DNA of 63,573 nucleotides, filler included, from Stramenopiles sp. TOSAG23-2 (Eukaryota): NCBI GenBank assembly GCA_900128395.1. It is 12 parts of 12 records of this genome, joined end to end, with 100 filler letters (N's around TTAATTAATTAA, not from the genome) between each part and the next. Parts side by side here need not be neighbours in the genome. Positions count along the whole stretch, not along the records: positions 1 to 5,572 come from LT650634.1; positions 5,673 to 11,242 come from LT650635.1; 10 more parts are not named here. One strand, 5' to 3'. Shown piece by piece: positions 1 to 10,769 of this stretch (position 1 is its first letter; each line of letters starts with the position of its first letter). The notes under the pieces were generated by a model. It saw only the letters and a program-made list of their open reading frames with translations, ran no database searches and was not told where the DNA came from. The position numbers and the translations under genes were made by a program.

Positions 1-317
1 GTGATTGATTTCATCTTTATTGTTTCTTTGTATACAATAGTTGTAAAAAAGAGAGGAGGTGGGGAGAGGGAAGAGAGGGAAAAATAAATAGTAATTGTTT
101 TTATCTTTTTTTTTTTTTGATATTAAAAACTTTTGTCTATATTTTTTTTCTATTTTGATTATTCATTTTTTAAATAAAAAGTAACATAGTGGTGCATATA
201 ATAACGACGATAGACGTTATATAATAATATATTAAAAAATATATAATAATTTCAAACTGAAGAATAATTGAATTAAAATTATCAAAATAAAAACAAAAAA
301 GACACACATATACAATC

Positions 318-1615
318 ATGCCGTGGGATAATTATTTACTAGGACCGAAGCCGCGTGCACCGCACATATTGAAATCATTGACGCAAGAAGATGGAGATAG
401 TTTTTTTATATATCAAGATCGTTTTGATGCAAATGAACAAGAAGATTTTATCACGTTTCAAACACGTACACGAGCTATTAATGAACAATTAGATGGTTTT
501 GAAATTGTTATGGTACCAATTGGTAATATACAAAATGAATTTGAAATGTTGTTAGAATATACAAAAGCAATAACGTTTCCAAAAACTGTTAATACGCGTA
601 TAATATCTCAATTGAGTAGTAAACAACGTTTAAAATATTTCCCTTCGAAAAACATTATTGTTGGAGGCATGTCAACCCTTTGTTTTTCTGTTGATGCGAT
701 TGTTGATAGTTTACAAAGATCTCATAATAGTAATAGAAGAAATAATTTTAAAAAAGAAATATTATTTGCAGTTATCAATTTTCCATTATATACGACAAAT
801 GATTTAATTTTACCTGAAGGAATATATTATCAAGATTCCAAAATCATGATTGTTAGTACTTTTGGTTCCTATGGAAATTTACCAGATATGTTACGAATCA
901 CTGGTAAATGTATTTACAAAAATTTGTTTCAAATGAAAGTATGTATAATACCAAATTATCGCTACTATATATCACTTCTTAAATCATTCTAACATATTAC
1001 ATCTATACATATATATATATATATATATATTTAAAGCCATGTTATTTATATAAATGTTTAATGTCACCAGATAGTGTGAATGATATCAATGAAGAAAATA
1101 TACAATTGCATTTATGCCCTATATGTTTAAGACGCATTGCGATAGTTTTATCAAGTTCAGCATTTAATATGACCAATTTTGATTATGTTGAACGATATCG
1201 AAAATTAGGAACATGTTATCAAAAATATTGTTGTAATAATAATGGAGGAAATAATAATAATAACAGTAATGGAGAAAAATATGCAACATGGATAAATGAA
1301 CGATGTATGGCAATAACTGGTCAATATGTTCTTTCCAATAATGCGAATAGTGCTAATAATATTCAGAATAATAATTATGATGATCGCCCATTGCCAGTTT
1401 ACCAAGAACAGTCGTCTAATAAAACTTTATCAAATCGTTTACCAATACAACGTAATGTACAAGGTGATGAGAACAATTCTACTATTACCGTTCATCGAAA
1501 AATGAATGGTTTTGGTAATGAAATGGCACAACAAGTTGATAAATCAAAATTGAAATTTTTAAAACGAAAGATCAAAAAGAAAAGTCATGCTCGTGATGGA
1601 AGGATGAAGAAGTAA
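318..1615 (+). CDS. Archaemetzincin (peptidase M54)-like protein, two exons (318-938, 1037-1615), catalytic HExxH motif absent
   Basis: A GTATGT...AAAG intron (939-1036) joins the two ORFs in phase 0, giving ...NLFQMK/PCYLYKCLM...LHLCPICLRR...DYVERY. This matches the AMZ C-terminal Cx4C-M...LCPxCL...ERY pattern. Confidence 0.7.
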
Positions 1616-2076
1616 ATTTATGTGTGTATATATATATATTAATATATATCATTGTCTTTTATAATATGAAAAAAAAATTTCAAGATCTGAGGACCCAGAG
1701 TTCTCTGGACACCAGAGGCATTTCCTGGTCCAAATCAACGTTTTCCCAGAGGACGTTTTTTCGAATTCTTAATTCTAATTATTATTGTATAGTAAATCTT
1801 CATAGATTAAGGTTGTACTCTTTGCATTGAATAGCACCATATTTTAATAGTGTATGAGTCCATCTTATTTTTGTAGTAGTACGCTCCTCGTACTTGCTGG
1901 CTTGCCTGGCTTGCCGGGCTTGGCTTGCTGGCTTGGTATAGTAGTCGTCTATAAAAAAAATTCATTTTTCAATATACTGTATAGATGGATTAAGTAGATG
2001 GATGTAGATGTACGTAGATGTAGGTAGATATATATATATATGTACAAAAATCCAAACAGAGAAAAAGACAAAAAAG

Positions 2077-3672
2077 ATGTCATCAATCACCTCTGGGTAT
2101 GGATCTGGAAACAGAAACTACCATCGAAGGAATCGTGGAAACAACCATCATCGCAATTCCTCCAACAACAGAAGAAGATTCAATGATGATGATAATAATA
2201 ATAATAATATGAATTATCGAAATAATAATAATATGAATTATCGAAATAATAATAATAATTATAGGTATAACAATGATAATAATAATAATAATCGTAATAA
2301 CAACATTGTTGGAAGTGGGTGGGGTTGTTGTAATTATAACAATCGCAGATGGGGAAATACGAATAATAATTATAATAATACTTCAAAAAAAAACAATAAA
2401 TTCGTATGGGGACAAAATGTTGACACAACAGGTGGATGGGGTAGCAAGAATATAAGATCTTCCTCTACCACTAGTGGCAGTGTAGGACAATCTTCATCTT
2501 CCTCATCATGGGGAAATAGCAACAGCAAAAGCAATACCCCAAAAACAACCAGCTCTTACGCAGATACAGTAGAAATTATTACCTCGAAATTTTCCCCAGC
2601 AATGTCTTCTTGGCGTGGGACTCAACTACGTAATAAATCAGTTGCTGCAACTGTACGAAATATGAATAAATCTAAAAGTTTATCGGAATATAAAAGAGGA
2701 TATGGATTATTATTGAAGCAAGGATGGGATCCAGAAAAAAATTTAAAACACAATTCACAAATACCTGTTGTACCACAACTCACACCAGTGGAAGGTGCGG
2801 GATTAGGTAGTAAACCATTAGGATTTGGTGGAGCATCTATGATGACAGTAGTTGATGATGATGATTTATCACAACAAACTAATAATAATAATAATCGCAG
2901 TGGCGATAATACAAATAACAGTAACAAGAATGGTCCGACTCTTTTGCAATTAAATACTGATGGCAAATATATAATAAAAAAAGTGGGAAGTAAATTGACT
3001 GATAAAGAATATCCAATAACACAAATCACACATTTTCCGTATCTTTTTGAGGACGAATATCCACAGATATTTAATACACAGACGAAAGGGGAGAAATGTT
3101 ATTTGGAAGTTGTTAAAACAGGTTTTTTCCATCGTAATGTCAGTTTGCAATTGGAATCAACTGATTTTCAATTGTATGTCGCAAAATGTGAGTTTTCAAG
3201 AAAACGTTGGGATTATCAAAACGGACAAGAACAAGTAGCTAAGCAACAAATGGGTAAAGGTAAAAAGAAAAGGGGAGGATTAGGATTGCAAAGTAATGGA
3301 GAAATTTTTCGAACGGAAAAACTTGAATGGCAGAAAAAAAAAGGAAGAAATAAATTTGCACATAAATATTTCAATATATCATGCTTTGGACCATGCTTCT
3401 TAATATTTGTAAGAAAAGTGCAAGATGAAGAACTTCAATATGGAAATATACGATATGATCTAGGTATTGTTGATACCAAGTTAATGGAATTGATCATAAG
3501 CAATTGTAATGACAAAAAGAATGAACAAAATAGTAATTATGATGATGTTGAAATGAACGATAATGAAAATAAAAAAGTTCAACAATCGTATTACATCAAA
3601 GAAGGTTTAAGACGTACTAGAAGTGGTTTTGATTTTCGAGTATTATCGTGTAAGACAATAGGAAAGCATTAA
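2077..3672 (+). CDS. Asn/Gly-rich protein with a G-patch domain
   Basis: GYGLLLKQGW...GAGLG G-patch motif and a low-complexity N-terminus with GW/WG dipeptides. The likely ATG is at 2077, after an A-rich leader. Confidence 0.6.
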   Translation: MSSITSGYGSGNRNYHRRNRGNNHHRNSSNNRRRFNDDDNNNNNMNYRNNNNMNYRNNNNNYRYNNDNNNNNRNNNIVGSGWGCCNYNNRRWGNTNNNYNNTSKKNNKFVWGQNVDTTGGWGSKNIRSSSTTSGSVGQSSSSSSWGNSNSKSNTPKTTSSYADTVEIITSKFSPAMSSWRGTQLRNKSVAATVRNMNKSKSLSEYKRGYGLLLKQGWDPEKNLKHNSQIPVVPQLTPVEGAGLGSKPLGFGGASMMTVVDDDDLSQQTNNNNNRSGDNTNNSNKNGPTLLQLNTDGKYIIKKVGSKLTDKEYPITQITHFPYLFEDEYPQIFNTQTKGEKCYLEVVKTGFFHRNVSLQLESTDFQLYVAKCEFSRKRWDYQNGQEQVAKQQMGKGKKKRGGLGLQSNGEIFRTEKLEWQKKKGRNKFAHKYFNISCFGPCFLIFVRKVQDEELQYGNIRYDLGIVDTKLMELIISNCNDKKNEQNSNYDDVEMNDNENKKVQQSYYIKEGLRRTRSGFDFRVLSCKTIGKH

Positions 3673-3708
3673 TATATATAATACACCAACCATATATATA
3701 CATAAAAC

Positions 3709-5572
3709 ATGGTTCGAACGGCAACGTTGAAAACATCCGTGTTTAATTTAGTATCCACTGTAGTTGGTGGTGGTGTATTATCATTACCATTTACATTTGC
3801 AATTATGGGTGTTGTATTTGGACCACTTGCATTAGTTGTTTCGGCTATCATGTCGGATTTTTCCATATATTTATTATTATCCATGTCCAGAAGACAAGGT
3901 GATTTAAGTTATGAAGATGTCGCAGCAAAAACATTAGGCGAGCCTGCAAGGGCATTTTTGTTGGTATTGTTATTTTTATTAACGTTTTTATGCGCTGCTG
4001 CATATTTTGTATTAGCAGCTGATTTATTACAGCCAATTGTAACAGCGTTTATTGATTCAACACTTTCAGAGCACGATGCAAGATTTTATGTCATGGTTGG
4101 CTTTATGTGCATTGTTGGCCCACTATCGTTTTTCAAGAAACTGAATGCATTGCGATTTACTAGCTTTTTGTCAATTATAAGCATTTCTGTTTTAGGGGTT
4201 GTATTGTTTTATAAATTAATGACTGTGAAGCCAACACATTTTATTATCCATCCATCAAGCAATCATTCGCATAATAATAATAGCATGCAATTATTAAATA
4301 TTATGATTAATAATAATCATAGCATTCATCCAATCCATCCACCAATACAAATCAATAATGGCACTATATTAAAACATATCAAAATATGGCCAAATAGTTT
4401 TGATGATTTTATGTATGCATTACCAATATCAACGGTTGCTTATTTATGTCATTTCAATGTTTTGCCGACGAATAAGGAATTAATTAAACCGACTAAATCA
4501 AGAATCAAACGCATGATTCATTCTACTATTGGTATTTGTTTAAGCTTATATATGGTCATTGCATTTTGTGGATATCTTTTTTCCTTAGATTTAACATGTG
4601 GTGATATATTAAATAATTATCGAAACAACGATCCTGCTATTTCGATTGGACGTGTAGGTTTAGTCATTACATTAGCCATGTCATTTCCATTATTAGTATT
4701 ACCATGTAGGAAAGTTTTAAGTAGATTAGTTTATATTTTTTGTTGTTGTTCCGATGATGATGATAATAGTAGTAATAATAATAATAACAAATATAATAAA
4801 GATGGTAATAATGCAACGGCATCATCACGTTTATTATCCAAAACAGATGAGCAGTTATTGCGAAATCCAGTAAATGAGAGAAGTAATGGATTATTATCAC
4901 CAATTGGAACTTTTATTACTGATAGTCCAGCAAATATTTCTGCTAGATATAGTAATGGATTACGACATAAAGGTTATGATTCAATAGATACTACGAATAA
5001 TTCTGCAATGTTTTATGAAGAACAGGATATAAATAAACAGTCACCAATAGGTTCATTGATTACATCAACTGAATATCATAATCTTGATAATAATGGTATT
5101 ATTGCAAGGGAAAGTATTAAAAATAAATATAAAAGAGGCATTGTTGCAAAGGAAAATAATGAAAATGCAAAGAATGACATTCCATTGTCAATGCATATTA
5201 TTTTGACTCTTTCCATTTTAATAGGCAGTTCTCAAATTGCCATACACGTAACTTCAGTTGTTCAAATTTGGTCCATACTTGGTAGTTCTATCTCGATTTT
5301 GATTGCATATATAATACCTTGTTCAATGTATATTTCATTACGTAATCAACAAAAACATATCGTCAGAAAAAGTGGTAGTGGAAATCTGGATAATGTAAAA
5401 TATGACGAAGGCGATAATGATGATGATGAAACAAATAGTCGCCAATTATTGGATAATATTAATAACTCATCCACTTTATTTTGGGCATGGGTGTTGTTAA
5501 TTTTTGGGATTGTTACATCAATTTGTAGCACATGGCAAGCAATTGCGCAAATTAAAAGGCCAAATTGTCCAC
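3709..5572 (+). CDS. Amino acid transporter, SLC38/AVT (Aa_trans) family; runs into the contig end
   Basis: SVFNLVSTVVGGGVLSLPF, AYLCHFNV and SFPL motifs; about 11 hydrophobic segments. Confidence 0.9.
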
Positions 5573-6388
5573 NNNNNNNNNNNNNNNNNNNNNNNNNNNN
5601 NNNNNNNNNNNNNNNNTTAATTAATTAANNNNNNNNNNNNNNNNNNNNNNNNNNNNNNNNNNNNNNNNNNNNAAAAATGTTCTCATCAGCAAAAAAATGC
5701 AATTAGCACTACACAGGCCTTGAAAATAACATTTTACCTTAAATTATTTCCAAAAATAACACCGATCTTAGACGGCCGACTACAATTAGTTACTGTATAC
5801 CTTTACACGCTCCCCTAACTTATAACACTACCTTTATTCACTTTTTATAAAAAATATTTAAAACAAATATCACATTGAATGAGACCATAATACTGGAATA
5901 CTCCTATGTAAAAATGAATAAAAAATATTTTTTTAAATAGAATATGGAACATAAATAGAATATAATATTTTTATATACACCATACATATATACACATATA
6001 ACATCTATTGAAACATTAGTAACTCTCTATAGAAGATACACAAATACATTTTAAATGTAGAGTAATAAATATATGTTTATATATTCATTGTAAATTAATA
6101 TACCCATAAAACAAATATAATTATTATAAAAATCATCCAAAAAAACTAGTTGGGTTTATTGTTTCAAAACGTAAAAACCGATCCTTTTTTCGTGTAACGA
6201 TACAAAAATACATATTCCTATCCAAATAACGTTCGTTTGTTTGACTATTGCATATTTGGCATCAATTTAAGTGTTTAGTACACCTGTATGTCGTATCTGG
6301 ATAGGGTAAACAAGTCGAGACGTAACAAAGAAACGAAATTTGAATAGTCATATTTAGCTGCTAGTTTGTTTTATTACTGGGACTTATT

Positions 6389-7303
6389 ATGGCATCATTA
6401 ACTACTAACGAATTGCCGGCAAAGAGGCTTAAGAAGTCAACCATTGAAGCATTGAATGAAGAACCCGCACGAAAAAAGATAATTGGCACTTTCGTTTTAC
6501 CAGCTGGAATTGAATCGGCATGTGGAATATTGTCAAATATACTTCAATATTTAGATATTAGACCAGTGTTAAACGTGAAAGAATCTTGTTTAATAAAACA
6601 ATTAAGAAAAGAATTTGGGTCAAATGATTTTGAACGTGTGCGTAACAGATCTTTTAGCACTACTATTGTAAATACTGACGGGAAAGTGACAGTGCAATAT
6701 AATGAAGTACGAAGCATCAACGAAATGATAAAATACCACCCAGCGACCCAGCTTTATGTATTAATTGAGAGGTATAAAAAAGAATTTCCAAATAGATATG
6801 GCGACTTACCACCAACACCTTTTGTATGCGCATGTGAAAAAGGACGTATGTATGATGTACAGGTATTTGTGACTCTTCATCCTTTTCACAAGTATATTAG
6901 AAATCGTTCTGTGCATCAATATGACTCTATGGAATTGCATGAAATGGTGAATAAAGTGGGCGGAAGCAGGCTTGGCTACAATTATACACCTTTGATGATA
7001 GCTGCGGGCAACAAACATTTGAAGATAGTTCGATATTTAATTGAACAATGTAAAGCTGATCCAAATATTGTAGGTCGTGATGGAGCGAATGCATTACATT
7101 GTGCAACATGTAATCTAAAGGATATTGAAATGATAGAACTATTATTACCCCGTATGTCTGCTAGTGGTATTAACCAGAAGAAATCGCATGGGTACACGCC
7201 CATGGACTACGCGCATCGTTATAATTACAGTGAAACGACACAAGCAATTGTTGCACTTGTACGTTCATATGGTGGAAAATTCAATCGTTGTGGCGAGTTA
7301 TAA
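6389..7303 (+). CDS. Ankyrin-repeat protein
   Basis: TPFVCACEKG, TPLMIAAGNKHLKIVRYLIE, NALHCA and TPMDYA ankyrin units. Confidence 0.85.
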   Translation: MASLTTNELPAKRLKKSTIEALNEEPARKKIIGTFVLPAGIESACGILSNILQYLDIRPVLNVKESCLIKQLRKEFGSNDFERVRNRSFSTTIVNTDGKVTVQYNEVRSINEMIKYHPATQLYVLIERYKKEFPNRYGDLPPTPFVCACEKGRMYDVQVFVTLHPFHKYIRNRSVHQYDSMELHEMVNKVGGSRLGYNYTPLMIAAGNKHLKIVRYLIEQCKADPNIVGRDGANALHCATCNLKDIEMIELLLPRMSASGINQKKSHGYTPMDYAHRYNYSETTQAIVALVRSYGGKFNRCGEL

Positions 7304-7550
7304 AAAAATAAAATACGAATCCATACCATGCTATTTTTCCTAATACCGTCTAATCTGGATTGCTCGTCTAATGATACATACATGCTAAAAAATCAGGAAA
7401 TTTAGCAGGTTCATACCACAAGACGAGCAAGTAATTTAATAATTAAATTTTTTACATTTACAATCTGGCAATCCAGCAACCACACCGATAAATTCAAACA
7501 CATGTTGGACCAGGAGTAAATCCTTTTCTTGGACCGAGAGACGATTAACA

Positions 7551-7628
7551 TATTATTCCTGAGATTGAGTATTTGAGCACAGTATTTTCCACTGGAAGTA
7601 AAATTATTATAACTTAGATTTTAACCAT
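7551..7628. repeat. Dispersed ~80-bp repeat, copy 1
   Basis: GATTGAGTATT(T)GAGCA...AAGTAAAATTATTATAACTTAGATTTTAACCA, also found at ~23897, ~50986 and ~62305. Confidence 0.8.
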
Positions 7629-8022
7629 ACACTTTGCAAGTTTTTAAAAACGATGGGTCACCTCAGTGGGGCTTTCTCAGAGGGAATTGTCGTTTCTATG
7701 TTTATGAAATAGTATTGAAAAAACGACAAATTAGTAGCATTAAAACACAAATCCATATCAACATACACTATACATTTTCACATAAAATTATACATAATAT
7801 GCTAAATTAAGAAATATTGATTTTTTCCCAAAGTCCAGTTTTTATACGATAGTTTTGTATACTTTTGAGTACAAACGAGCTCCTAAAGAAACTGCTCTTA
7901 AACTTAAAACCTCAAATTAAGGTATGGTAGTTTAAAATGAACTGCCGGCAGAGCAGAACATTTGTAATTCTTGGAGGCTCTAATGTTATTCCCATAGTAA
8001 TAAGTACATTTACCAAATTGCA

Positions 8023-8961
8023 TTGGCATATACTGGCATACCAGGCATACCAGCATACTCTGCATGTCCAATTTTGTTCCTGGTATTAAATATGAAAAAG
8101 AATTGTAACATGAACGAAATATTAACACGGAGCACAAAGGAAGTCAAGGTTTTGCCAATTGTCATTTCAGTAGATGGTATTGTTCATACAATCAAGATGC
8201 AACATGATTTGGAAGAAAAAGTGTTTGGAAACAAAGATCTATGGCGACTGATCAAAGCTTTTTTATTGAACTATTGTGGAACGTGGAAAAGAAAGACAAA
8301 AAATATTGTCTATGAGTACAACATGTTATGTGCTTGTTTTTACAAATTTGCAGTGAAAGATCACAAATTAAGATTCACTTTGAAACATATAAGTACTTAC
8401 AAACGGATTGTAAAAGCATGGATTGGTGCAGTTTTTTTCAGAGAGAGGGATGATGTTATTCATTGGAGTCATAGAATGCTAAATATTTATCGTTATCATA
8501 TACCTTCGTTTCTGCATGTTTTTTTTGATCGAACTGCTAGGCCTATCAATAAACGGCCACCCACCGGGAGAAAAAGAACTCTGAAAACCTTATTTTGTCC
8601 AACAAACACATTAGAACAAGGGTTACAATCAATTATTGAACCCCTTTTATTTAATATACACTATGGCATAGAATTAGAAAACATGAACAATAAAATTTAT
8701 TATGCTAGGGTTCAACATGGAGATATTCGGGGTGATTTAATAGTTTGGGATCGTCCGATTGAAGTATATGTAAAGCATGAATATTTAAAATTGCAAAAAC
8801 AACCTGGATGGCAACTTTTTGATACTATAGATTGCGCCCATAGTATAGGATTTGGATTTATCAGTACAACTTACAACAAATATTATAAAGGTGTATATAC
8901 ACGATACGATTGCCATTCAAATGAACAGTGTATGCGTGTTATACGTGTTATAGAGTTATAG
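8023..8961 (+). CDS. Hypothetical protein (true start probably a downstream ATG); weak F-box-like segment
   Basis: 312-codon ORF. KVFGNKDLWRLIKAFL loosely resembles the N-terminal F-box-like segments of giant-virus ORFs. Confidence 0.5.
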   Translation: MAYTGIPGIPAYSACPILFLVLNMKKNCNMNEILTRSTKEVKVLPIVISVDGIVHTIKMQHDLEEKVFGNKDLWRLIKAFLLNYCGTWKRKTKNIVYEYNMLCACFYKFAVKDHKLRFTLKHISTYKRIVKAWIGAVFFRERDDVIHWSHRMLNIYRYHIPSFLHVFFDRTARPINKRPPTGRKRTLKTLFCPTNTLEQGLQSIIEPLLFNIHYGIELENMNNKIYYARVQHGDIRGDLIVWDRPIEVYVKHEYLKLQKQPGWQLFDTIDCAHSIGFGFISTTYNKYYKGVYTRYDCHSNEQCMRVIRVIEL

Positions 8962-9437
8962 ATAAAATTCACTGTAGGTCCATGTTAGCATTAGTTTTAC
9001 AATTGTGGGTCAATGAATTACATCGAGATAATTTTCATCGACTTTGTGTTTTAAAGGACCTGAAAACGAATGGGTACAATACCAATTCATTATTGGGCAG
9101 ATTTAAAGAAGTGTTAGACAAGGTAAATGTTGTATGGAGTAAAAAATTTATAAAATAATATAATAAAAACACCAACGTTATATTTTTTTACTAATAAATT
9201 AATATATATCTCTCTCGATATAGCTATGGCAAGGTTGCCAGCTTGACTTCTTTGTTAGACCTATTCTTTTTTTTGCGTTTTGATCTTATATTTGTGACCG
9301 TATGCGAACTTCCAGTTGAATCGATGTTGTGAATGGTGTATGGAAATATACATATTGTTGTACAGCACAGTGATTTGCAAAAAAATACATTACAACCCAG
9401 AGGTGCGCAGAGTAACCATTTTACGATTTCAATTTGT

Positions 9438-9626
9438 CTAGCCGTATATGTTATTATATTCTGGAGATGGAGGTGGTGCTTTTAACTTTTTTTCTAACAA
9501 TGTCCCTTTCTCTTTTTGCGCGATGCAAAAATATCGAAGTGAATCTTGTTGAATACAGCAACAAATAAATATAACTACGAGAAAAAAAGATGCAAAAAAT
9601 ACAAGTATGGCTGAAATTACATTCAT
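9438..9626 (-). CDS. Small single-pass membrane protein (hypothetical)
   Basis: ATG start, ~22-aa hydrophobic helix followed by CCC, and a Pro-rich PPPSPEY tail. Confidence 0.4.
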   Translation of the reverse strand: MNVISAILVFFASFFLVVIFICCCIQQDSLRYFCIAQKEKGTLLEKKLKAPPPSPEYNNIYG

Positions 9627-9764
9627 GTAGTTTAGTATTAAATACGCAACAAGTTCTGAATTTAAATCGCCTCAAAACATCGTGTGTGTAAAATGTATGT
9701 GTGAAATAAAATAACTATATGTAAAAATCCATTTCTATTTATGGACAGTAAAGGCGTAATTTTT

Positions 9765-10410
9765 TCATGCTGTCATTACTATAAGAAGAACGTTATATTT
9801 AGGTACACTAATAGCTATATTCGCATACCTATTGTGTAATAATGTAGGATGGATATTATCTTTGCTAAAACCTTTAGATACTAATGCATCATACTTATCT
9901 AGAACCGTTTTTATTGCTTGCTTGGCACCATCATTGGATGATACAGACACAATGTCTTTTTTTGTAAATCCTGTTGTTACTAATGCATCGTAATTATCCA
10001 ATATTGTTTTTATTGCCACATTTGCACCGGCATGGGATGATATAGACACAATATTATCTTTACTAAAGCCTTTGGATATCAACGCATCATATTTATCCAA
10101 TATCTCTCAATATCTTTATACACTGGTTTATATAACACAAAAATGGGACAATACGCTTCAACCAGCATAGTTTCGTCAAATCATCGTCGCCAAATCAAAA
10201 GCCCTTTTCCACGCACCAGTTTCCAAATTGAAAATAGATGTTTCTTAATATTCGACCGCTTGTTGCATGATCGGCAGCAATTTGTTTCCAAAAATAATTT
10301 TTATAAAACGTATACGTTGGATCCTCCTGTACGCTGTTCTTTAGTTTGTTGTTTACTGACAAATTAGCCATACTGTTTTTATTCTTGGGTTGCATGGTTG
10401 TGCTCTTCAC
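9765..10410 (-). pseudogene. Disrupted TALE-like repeat gene: N-terminal region, one degenerate 33-aa unit, and ~2.5 canonical 33-aa repeats (9852-10103)
   Basis: Repeats FSKDNIVSISS-HA-GANVAIKTILDNYDALVTTG and FTKKDIVSVSS-ND-GAKQAIKTVLDKYDALVSKG, with an exact 99-bp DNA period. An in-frame TGA lies at 10197-10195 and a frameshift near 10100. Confidence 0.75.
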
Positions 10411-10769
10411 AATTGTAAAGTTTTATTTATATAATTTAATTAATGCATAACTTATTTTTTAATTTACTCGTGATAATTCCTACTCTCCAGAAAGAATACA
10501 ATAACTGAGACAAATCTATCTCACTAAACTGAAAGATGGACAATGAATCGTAACATTGCGATAGAGTTTTATTTATATATATATATAATTATGCGTAAAT
10601 TAAATTATATATGTTACCACTTAAATATTATACATATAATGAAAGAAGTAGTATTAATTTATTTATTATTTATCAACAGGAAGAAATCATATACTGTTGA
10701 GTATACTAAAATATAATTTGAAATAGTCTAGAAAAATATTGAAAAGAAATATTTTACAGTTGATGATAA

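Noticed and set aside
2180-2455. Short Tyr/Ile/Leu-rich ORFs overlapping long genes, here and throughout the window
   Set aside because: Alternative-frame or antisense translations of (AAT)n poly-Asn tracts and of real CDSs.
5573-5672. Recurrent N44-TTAATTAATTAA-N44 blocks about every 5.66 kb (also at ~11243, 16913, 22582, 28250, 33911, 39571, 45231, 50886, 56539 and 62190)
   Set aside because: Artificial all-frame-stop linkers joining size-sorted contigs. The regular spacing is not biological, and ORFs running into them are truncated.
10195-10197. In-frame TGA as evidence of a variant genetic code or selenocysteine
   Set aside because: TGA terminates several clear genes in this window (e.g. 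the LYR and SdhC-like genes), and the same locus also has a frameshift. Decay is more likely.
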